Assembly: GCF_001194135.2 (NCBI RefSeq)
Contig: NC_068988.1
Span: 2,019,020-2,066,338, forward strand
Reading direction: 5' to 3'
Source of the DNA: Octopus bimaculoides
Taxonomy: Eukaryota
DNA length: 47,319 bases
The position numbers were made by a program, and so were the translations under genes. The notes beneath the pieces were generated by a model that worked only from the letters and a program-made list of their open reading frames with translations, ran no database searches and was not told the DNA's origin. Shown here piece by piece: positions 37,695 through 47,319 of this stretch; position 1 is the first letter of the stretch, and each line of letters begins with the position of its first letter.

Positions 37695-37860
37695 AGTGAG
37701 ATTTCATAAAAAAAGCAAACGATGAAGACAGGTGTGTAAACAACAAACAGATGTATTAGTTTAACGCTCGGGAAGTGAGAAAGTCTTTTACGTTTCGAGC
37801 CTACGCTCTTCGACAGAAAGGAACGCGAGAAAATAAACAGAAATAGAAAATAAAAAATAG
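37695..37860 (-). mobile_element. Probable Penelope-like terminal fragment between (TA)n runs, carrying a minimal hammerhead-like motif (37785-37820)
   Basis: Reverse complement: cttt-CTGTCGA-a-gagc[gtag]gctc-GAAAC-GTA-aaag. Confidence 0.6.
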
Positions 37861-38619
37861 AAAAATAGAAATATATATATATGTATAAATATATTTATAT
37901 ATAAATAGATAGATAGATATACATATGTGTGTGTGCGTGTGTGTAATTATATGAAATGGTAAAAAAGCTCCCCTCCCCCACTATGTTGATACAATCCGTC
38001 CTAATTAGAAATTATTATTGCTGTACTTAGGTTTGTTTATAAAACCAGCACCTCGCCTGAGAGACAGCAAGTCTGTGCAGTACTTAATTCCATCTATTTG
38101 TAGAGAAGTAGTTTTCGCAACAGTCCATATATTAAGCCATATACAGTCTGAGATTAATATTATAGATGATATCTTTTCGAGAGGTTATAAGTTTATCTCC
38201 TGTAACCAGCTCGGAATATTTCAATTGAAACATCGGCTATTCTAAAATATTTCCTTCTGACCTTGGTTATATTAAGCTACACAGACGCAAGGACATTGGC
38301 ACGACTTCTTGCTTGTATTTTTCCTCTTTTGATTCGAAAATGATTAAATAACAAAGCAAAGAAGCAGACTGTTCTGTCGAAGAATATAAGGCTTTAACAA
38401 ATTTCTGAATGGCTGCCAAAAAGCACAGTCTGTAATGACACATCGTCTACTGTCCAGACTATAAGTTTCCCTGATGTCTAAACGAGAAAATATTCTGGCT
38501 TTTGTAATGAAATATAACCCCGTTTCCAACAATAGTTTCTGGTTGGATGTAAATGAAGTAAACAGATTGCCTGGGTCAGAAACACAGTTAAATCGTTTTT
38601 GCTGATAACATAGATAGAA

Positions 38620-38669
38620 CCAACATATATATATATATGTATGTGTATATATGTGTATATATATATATG

Positions 38670-38714
<45 letters not shown>

Positions 38715-38728
38715 ATATGTATATATAT

Positions 38729-38781
<53 letters not shown>

Positions 38782-38990
38782 TATGTGTGTGTGTATATGT
38801 TTGCATATATATGTATGTATAAATATATACATATATAAAATATATATATATATATATATACGTATTATATAAATACTTTTATTTGTATATGTACATATAT
38901 GCACACATATTTGTACATATAAAAGTTACGCGTGCACACACACATGTATATATATTATATCACATTTTATGTGTGTGTGTGTGTGTAGTT
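38620..38990. repeat. (TA)/(TG) compound microsatellite
   Basis: Directly visible. Confidence 0.92.
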
Positions 38991-40429
38991 TATCTGAATG
39001 AACGCAAGCATAAATGAAAAATAAAATTATTACGAACATCGCAAGATAGTTATTTTTTTTTCCCAGAGTAAAATGTCTATGCATCTGTTATTTTACTATT
39101 TGTTAATAACGAATGAAAAATGTATTGAATCAAATCTTTTGCTTCTCCTCAACCAACAAACGTAGACCTCAAATACAATCTATAAAAAATATAAAAGTGT
39201 TTCATTCAAATATGTTAGCCAGATACTCTAAATTAATTCTGAATCACATTTATCTATGTTCCAATTTAGCATTTTTCATATGCCATTTATAGACGCGGCC
39301 TGAGGCAGAGTTATCTGCTGCCATAGACATAAACTGATTGATCAATTAGAACGAAAAGATTTGCTGAGGTTTATGTTGCCACTGATCAGTGAATTATTAT
39401 TCTCCTTGATACAATATAAAACAGAAAAACAAATGGAAACAAACAAGTAATTAATAGGAATTTTTCTGCAAGTTCTTTAAGATAAAATTATTCGACTAAT
39501 TACATATATATNNNNNNNNNNNNNNNNNNNNNNNNNNNNNNNNNNNNNNNNNNNNNNNNNNNNNNNNNNNNNNNNNNNNNNNNNNNNNNNNNNNNNNNNN
39601 NNNNNNNNNNNNNNNNNNNNNNNNNNNNNNNNNNNNNNNNNNNNNNNNNNNNNNNNNNNNNNNNNNNNNNNNNNNNNNNNNNNNNNNNNNNNNNNNNNNN
39701 NNNNNNNNNNNNNNNNNNNNNNNNNNNNNNNNNNNNNNNNNNNNNNNNNNNNNNNNNNNNNNNNNNNNNNNNNNNNNNNNNNNNNNNNNNNNNNNNNNNN
39801 NNNNNNNNNNNNNNNNNNNNNNTATATATACTCACACTCACATATACACATATGTATATATGTCTATAAACCATCTGTTTGGTTATATATTCAAATGTTT
39901 ACAAAAACATCTTAACCTTATTATATAAGCATATATATATATCTATGTGTGTGTGCATGTATATTTGCATGTATGTATATGTAACTGGAAGCTGTAGCTT
40001 CCTGATTCCTTCCAAGTCTGCAGCACCGTTTATTGGACTGTTTATTCCGCTTTCTGCATTCGGGAAAATATTTCTTTTACATTCACTGTTAAAAAAAAAA
40101 AAAAAAANNNNNNNNNNAAAAAAAAAAAAAAAAAGAAAAGTCGTCCACGAAAGTAGAAACGCGGACGTACATATATTCTTATCGGCGCTATTTAATTTCA
40201 CTTATCCCATAAAGCTGTCTGAATGAAATTTGTCAGAAATCGAAGGTATTCATCAATAAATAATCAAATCAGCTCTTTTTATTTTTTCAGGGAAAGGAAC
40301 AATAAATTGTAATAATTCAACAGTCTACTAGTTTTTTATTTTATCGATCTGGAAAGGATGTTAGGAAGAGTTGACCTCAGAATGGATTAAACGCAGAAGC
40401 GATAAATAGTCATCACTCCTATAACACAG

Positions 40430-41400
40430 ATTATTGACCGACGCTTTAACGTCATAGCATTCTCGTTCAATGGCTGATTTCAATTCGTCGACTTTCACCA
40501 GCTTTGTACCGTAAACTTTATCGTTTATGTATCCCCATAAAAAAAAATTATTTTTGCATGGTCCGGTGAACGTAAGGATATTCAAATGGACCTCTTCATC
40601 CAATCAGCTTGTTTGGCAAAATTTCTATGTAATCCTTTACGTTACTACTGTGCTGGTGTTTCATCGTGTTGGAAATAAAACTCTATATTTTCTAAGTCCT
40701 TTTGAATGTTTGGCATGACAGATTGTCGTAGCAAGTTCAAGTAAATAAGATCAGTTAGTGCCGCCAATTAATCCTTTTGATGAGGAGCCACACCGTATTG
40801 TGACTCCCGCTAAATTAATCTGATGTGACTCTGTAATTTGCAGATTCTCGTGTCCCGAGTAGCTACAACTGTGACGATTAACTGAGTCATTTGGTTTAAA
40901 TGTAACCGCATGACTCAACACAATCTTTGTTGAACAATGTCTTCTACGCAACTTGCAAAGTACCACTCACAAAACACCACTCTTTGATCCGGATCTTCTT
41001 CATTAAGAGGGTGGACTATTCCTAGAATGTAACTTCTCCCATGACAGTGCTTCAAAATGCAACAGATGATTGATTTTGAAGTTCCCAACTCGCCGCACAA
41101 ATTTCCTTGTACTCTGGCAATAGGCTTTTAGCACCTTATTACGACACTAAAAACATATTTGTCGATGTCGGTTGTGTTCTGGAATGTTGCCTGTGAATAT
41201 GAATATTCCGAACAGTTCCATCACCTTCAGACTTGTCTCTGATTCGAGTAAGTTGCATAGATTTGAAACTCTCCCCTAAACTGTTTTTGCATTTTGACAG
41301 CGTTTTCAAGCTTCCAGCAGCACTTATTTTTAGGACAAATTTCCTTTGTTCCAAACCTAATCTGCCTCCCTTCGTTATTTCTAGTGTGCAAATGTAAAAA
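40430..41400 (-). mobile_element. Tc1/mariner DDxD transposase pseudogene, DD41D (rosa/VS)-like, near full length
   Basis: EQRKFVLK..WKLENAVK.QKQFR; RIRDK.E.DGTV; LNEEDPDQRVVFCEW; TFKPNDSVNRH.C; FYFQHD; RSPD..FFLWGYINDKVY. The D-D spacing cannot be counted reliably because of indels. Confidence 0.85.
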
Positions 41401-43289
41401 CAGATAAAAATTAAGTGAGAAATCAGCTGTTAAAGCGTGTATTTGTCTGAAGTCTGATAAGAGTTTGAAAAATGACTCCTTTATAGAGTAATTGTCATAA
41501 GTTGAGGCATAGTTTAGTCGGCCGTTGCTGGCCATGAGGTCAGAGGGTCATGTGACAATATGAATGACGATTCCACCAAAAGTTAAGGCTGTATTAGTTC
41601 TGTGAATGTATCGTGTGGCAGCATGGATGACAGGGACGTGTTGTCTGTACTTTAGATTACGTGATAGCACAGAAGTACGGACAAAAATTGCTCCAAAAGT
41701 CAAGACTGTTAGTCCAGTGACTGCGTCATGTTATAGAATAGGCAGTGGGTTGTCAAAATAGCTTACTTGTTTATGAAGATGTTTGTCTATATGTTTGTGT
41801 GAGAATGGAATCTACAATAGTGTATTATCTCTGATGGCTATATGGTTATAGTTTAATCAATCGTGATTTGTATTTTTTAATAAATATATTTTCTTTATTT
41901 GTCCCTAATTGATCTGTTGTATTGGTAGAGCAATGATAAAGTGGAAAGATAAGTATTCAACAAAAGCAATGTTGAGAAGTATGCCAATGCCTTTGGAACC
42001 AATGTTTTCTTCTGTTGACTGCAATAAGAAACATTTGTTACTTAGGCATGCACAGATACAGACATTATATCCACTGTGTATTCAAACACAGTCTCTCTTC
42101 TGCGCTCAAACGCACACATATTTAGTTGTGATTGATGGCATGCTCGTCAAAATTAATGCTTTGCCCAATAATTTTCCATTAATGTAGACATTAGCACGGA
42201 TGGCAAATCGCATGAGAGAGCAGTCTGCTGACATCGCATGATAATGAATGCTAACAACACTCTTCAGAGTACGCGTGGGAGCGTCTAGTCAACACAAAAT
42301 TACTGAGAACAGATTAAAAGCCAAGACGGATGTCATACAACTTGTCAGGTATAAAGCTGTGTTACCTGATATGATGGTGACGAGAGAACATAGCATCATA
42401 CTAACCCGATTATGAAGGACTCACCATGGAAAGTATCAAATTACTAGAATCTGCACGGCTTCTCTTTGGTTACCCGAATTACGAAATTGCACTCGCGTAA
42501 TTTATTAGGGAACCAAAAGTTGAGAGAAAGGCACGAACAATTTACGATCAACGATTGATTGAGCAGCAATATTTAGAATAAGGCAGTCTAACAGAAAGAT
42601 TCCATATATTTGTCATCCCAAATAAAGAAATAGCATTAGTTTCAGCATACCGCAATAGAAACAAATATTTTCTCATTAATTTTAATGAAAGATGTCATTC
42701 TACAAAATGGAAGGTAAAGGTATTATGGATTGTGATCTTTTCATGATGTCAAACACAGTTTAAAAATTTCACAAGTGATGCGTTATATTTTTTTCAGCTT
42801 CATGGATTAATACTGCCATCCAAACAAAGCTAGTTGTTGGAAACCTTTGATATGATTCCATGTTACGGAGTCCATATTACTAGAGCTAGAAACGGATTCT
42901 CTTCGTTATCGTTCGACAAACTATAAACAACAGTCAAATCTGTGTTGAATCATGTCCTCCCGTCGTATTCACGGCAAATGTGCAGCTCACTTTCCAGTTT
43001 TCATATATTTAGAACGGAGCAGCTGCTACTCACACACAAAAGTAATCCAAATAATTGACAAGCTTTCAGTTATTAACAGACTGCAACCTCTTGCACTTTA
43101 TTCCATTCTATGCTCACTTGGTTACATTCACTGTTACAATGGTTCTTGGCGAACTCGTAAGATGTCTACTCCCCACCCCATTTCCTGCACCTCTTTCTCT
43201 CTTCATCACGGCTTTACTCCAAAACTTTCCCAAATACTTCACCCAAATCTAGATTCCAAGAAATGCGATGCTCTTTTATCAGGTTAAAA

Positions 43290-43560
43290 GCACTCCTGCA
43301 TATTCATTCACACCAACACGCAAGAACGCGTGATAGACTGCTTAAGTGCACGCGTATAAATACACTTGCCTACATCACAACCACGCATACACACGTGCAT
43401 GCGCACAATCACACACAGATACGCATTTACGGATCTTCACACTTATACCCACATACACAACACACACTGGCGTACATACACTCATGCACACAGGTAGACA
43501 AATGCACATGCATATGCGTGAACACAATTGCATATGCATATAATGATGCCTGCACATACA
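43290..43560. repeat. Old degenerate (CA)n-derived sequence
   Basis: CA/TA/CG alternation is visible. Confidence 0.7.
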
Positions 43561-44572
43561 CTGATAACGTTACAGGTAAGTATTAATGGTGCATTGTCTT
43601 ATAAAAGTCTACTGTAAATTTTGAACAAAATTTCAAGAAATTTAAATCTTCGATCAATCATTATATTTTAGCAAATTAATTAAAAGTTTAGTGAAACTGG
43701 GATCTTGGCACATGAACCTAAAATAAAATGGGAATGTATGCATGATTAATGTATATGTCAACCATCAGATCTTTAGTATCTCTATTTGAAATTAATTGAT
43801 AATTATAAATTTCTATTTAATTTGAAGAAATTTTACTAAATAATAAATCAAAGAATAAAACTGTGAAAATTGCAGATTTTTAAAGCATTTCTGAGAGAAC
43901 TCGATAAAATGACAACTAAACATATCACGTGGTAGTCTAGAGCAACAACAACAACAACAAAAAGTAATGATTAAAACTTTTGACATCAGATAACTTTTCG
44001 TATGATAATACGAAATATTTGATGCCCTTTTAGTTAGAGTTTTGTAATCTCGTATATTAATGTAACTGTAGGTTAACCTTTTCGCTACAGTGTACCCTTT
44101 AAAGATATATTTGAAATGGGTATACAAGGAAGTAGTAGATGAGCTTAAATAGTGAGTATCACCCATCTTTGCAGGAAGAAAACCTTAAAAACGTGATAAT
44201 AGTTATTTTGAGAAAATTTCAGAGAGTAAGTTGTAAGTAAACAGTGAGCGAACATTCCAATGTGATTCCATTTCCTTTGCCTGGAGGTATCAACCGTTTG
44301 AAACGTAATCAGATATACACGGATATCAACGACTAAAAACCTTAGAAATATTTTGCTAATAAAACAGGGTTGAATTCTTCTCTGTTTCGTTTGTAGCCAA
44401 GCTTTAGTGTCAAATTGATTCCTTGTTGGGACACCATATTTCGTTATGCAACCATAGTATACTACAAAGTATGTTAAACGCTTTATAATTCAATATTGTG
44501 TTCTGCTGTGTTAGCAATGCTATTAAATCACTTGTTAAGATTTTCTATAGAAATTATAACCATCATAGATCT

Positions 44573-44800
44573 TGTGATAGTATGTTGTCAACTTAATGTG
44601 ACAGTCCTATAAAAGGGAAGAATGCTACTGTTATTTAGCCCTAGGAAACACCGTTTCCTGTTGGACTTGACACATTTCCTGTGTCCTTATGTTTTCAAAG
44701 TGGAGAGTCCAAGAGGAAACGGTGTTTCCTAGGGCTAAATAACAGTAGCATTCTTCCCTTTTATGGGACTGTCACATTAAGTTGACAACATACTATCACA
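44573..44800. mobile_element. Foldback MITE: 95-bp inverted arms with 2 mismatches and a 38-bp spacer
   Basis: Arms 44573-44667 and 44706-44800 compared by hand; no clear TSD. Confidence 0.88.
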
Positions 44801-44843
44801 TTATCATGCTGCTACTGCATTAATCTCTCTGAGAGATTTAGAA

Positions 44844-44876
<33 letters not shown>

Positions 44877-46976
44877 CTTAGAATATATATAATATATATA
44901 TATATATGAGAAATATAATATTTCTATTTTCAAATAGCAAAGATCTTGTTACGACGTTTCGTATTCGAATACTACGTGTAATGTAAGCAACAATGCGATC
45001 GGTGATGGAAGAATAGGCAACGGGTGTATATGCACATTTCAGGAATTCTTGCTCTTTCTTCAGCATCACATTCAGTCCATGAATCATCCACGAACTCGTT
45101 GTCTATATAGCCACTAAATATAGCGGTGTTCGGCCAGCCATGATCTTTCTTTATTGGCCTGACTGCCGACCGCCAACACCTATTATGTCCATCTCCTATG
45201 TTCCTGCCTTTAGGCTTTCACTTCATATACGCCAGCTCAATTTGATTCGTTCTCAGTAGAAAAGCACCTGTTGTTATTTCTTGTTGTTTGCATTCGTAAT
45301 TGTGTACCATGTTCTCCGTTTTTTGTTTGTTTGTTTTTTGTCTTTGTTGCCGTACACATTCGATAGCTTTCTTACAAAGGGGTCTAATGCTCTTAGCTTA
45401 GATTTTTCGGGAGGCGGGGGCATCCAGATCGAACCTTCTAAAGTGTAACTGCCCGAAATGGTCGTGACTTCTAGAACTTCACTGAGAAAAGAAAGCCACG
45501 AATGACCCGTCTATTTTTGACCGTCCTTCTAATTGTTGTTTCTCTTGTCCGCCTTTGTATCGTCTCTCTGTCCGAATATCTTAATGTCCTCTATTGCGTT
45601 TTTGTTCCATTGATATATATATATATATANNNNNNNNNNNNNNNNNNNNNNNNNNNNNNNNNNNNNNNNNNNNNNNNNNNNNNNNNNNNNNNNNNNNNNN
45701 NNNNNNNNNNNNNNNNNNNNNNNNNNNNNNNNNNNNNNNNNNNNNNNNNNNNNNNNNNNNNNNNNNNNNNNNNNNNNNNNNNNNNNNNNNNNNNNNNNNN
45801 NNNNNNNNNNNNNNNNNNNNNNNNNNNNNNNNNNNNNNNNNNNNNNNNNNNNNNNNNNNNNNNNNNNNNNNNNNNNNNNNNNNNNNNNNNNNNNNNNNNN
45901 NNNNNNNNNNNNNNNNNNNNNNNNNNNNNNNNNNNNNNNNNNNNNNNNNNNNNNNNNNNNNNNNNNNNNNNNNNNNNNNNNNNNNNNNNNNNNNNNNNNN
46001 NNNNNNNNNNNNNNNNNNNNNNNNNNNNNNNNNNNNNNNNNNNNNNNNNNNNNNNNNNNNNNNNNNNNNNNNNNNNNNNNNNNNNNNNNNNNNNNNNNNN
46101 NNNNNNNNNNNNNNNNNNNNNNNNNNNNNNNNNNNNNNNNNNNNNNNNNNNNNNNNNNNNNNNNNNNNNNNNNNNNNNNNNNNNNNNNNNNNNNNNNNNN
46201 NNNNNNNNNNNNNNNNNNNNNNNNNNNNNNNNNNNNNNNNNNNNNNNNNNNNNNNNNNNNNNNNNNNNNNNNNNNNNNNNNNNNNNNNNNNNNNNNNNNN
46301 NNNNNNNNNNNNNNNNNNNNNNNNNNNNNNNNNNNNNNNNNNNNNNNNNNNNNNNNNNNNNNNNNNNNNNNNNNNNNNNNNTGTATGTATGTATGTATGT
46401 ATGTATGTATGTATGTATGTATGTATGTATGTCTATCTATCTATCTCTCTCTATATATATATATCTCTCTCTCTCGTTGCTATTATGTTAAACTGTCGTA
46501 TGTCCAAATTTAATCAAAAGTATTTTTTTTAATATTTCATTTTTCTTGCAATAGCTCGTTATTTTTGTCAAACTATCGTATCTCCAGCTGCTTCAGATGC
46601 TAACATATGAAAACTGTCAAAGTGTAGTACAATAGTTGAGCATTTTGCAAAAGTCCCACATATGACAGTTTTCCAAAAATATTTCTCACTGAAAATATCA
46701 GACATGCTTGGAGTTACGGTTTTATGCACCCAACAAAGTATTATTGTTAAGCTGAAACTGTTGCTAATGTAAAAAGAAATGGAATGGTGAAACTGTTTTT
46801 TCGTGTTCTGAAAAAAAAAAAATGAATAAATAAACAATGATTTGGACTTACGACACTTTTGCATAATAGCAACGACATATATGTATGTGTGTGTGTGTGT
46901 GTGTGTGTGACCGTGTGTATGCGTGAGTATGTATGTATGTATGTATGTATATATGTAAATACATATATTATCTTAA

Positions 46977-47117
46977 AACAGTTTGATTCGGCCCTATGCA
47001 ACTTAAAGATTCCTAGGCTCATGAGATGATCGTAGCTCGTCACCCTGAGCCCGAGGAGGTAGGTTCCTGTAATTAGCCTACAAAAATTTGAGTATCATAG
47101 GGCCGAATCAAGCTGTT
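46977..47117. mobile_element. 141-bp MITE with 22-bp TIRs flanked by TTAA
   Basis: TTAA at 46973-46976 and 47118-47121; TIR aacag(t/c)ttgattcggccctatg with 1 mismatch. Confidence 0.8.
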
Positions 47118-47319
47118 TTAAATGCTGATATATGTAACTCATACTAAACGTGTTGAATGCTTTTTTCTATCGTGTATATATATATATATATATATATATA
47201 GAGTTATTAATATTTCTAAGTCTCTCTAAAGGAGACTACGGCAGCGGTACTGGAAATTAATAGTTATCGCCAAGCCAACATGGCAGTCCCAAAATTAGGA
47301 CGAAAGCTGCCGTGAATTA

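Noticed and set aside
38344-38600. Minus-strand frame DPGNLFTSF...ETGLYF resembling piggyBac DNxFTS
   Set aside because: Only one short motif and no flanking piggyBac motifs or TTAA/CCC ends; left unassigned.
43573-43581. Perfect donor CAG|GTAAGT
   Set aside because: Preceded by degenerate (CA)n with no acceptor; one such 9-mer is plausible by chance in 47 kb on two strands.

Overview
AT-rich, microsatellite-dense animal genomic DNA from a draft short-read assembly (nine N-gaps, nearly all beside simple repeats). The SINE and LINE repertoire looks like an Octopus/cephalopod genome; this is recognition from memory, not a database search. I cannot confidently identify any host protein-coding gene, and most entries in the ORF track are microsatellite artefacts. 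The window is mainly decayed mobile DNA: three tRNA-derived SINE families, RTE LINE fragments, two different Penelope-like (GIY-YIG) remnants, a Gypsy RNaseH/integrase remnant, Tigger/pogo, mariner, DD41D-like and Tc1 transposase relics, and two foldback MITEs. The most interesting signal is a ~240-bp element present three times (16921-17370 and 18899-19136). It joins a tRNA-like Pol III head, an (AAT)n linker and a minimal type I hammerhead-ribozyme motif of the kind found in Penelope-like elements. Two of the copies form a head-to-head palindrome whose junction looks like cDNA fold-back self-priming. A second, unrelated minimal hammerhead motif with a non-canonical core lies at 37785-37820. 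Most repeat boundaries are approximate (tens of bp) unless fixed by a TSD or TIR.
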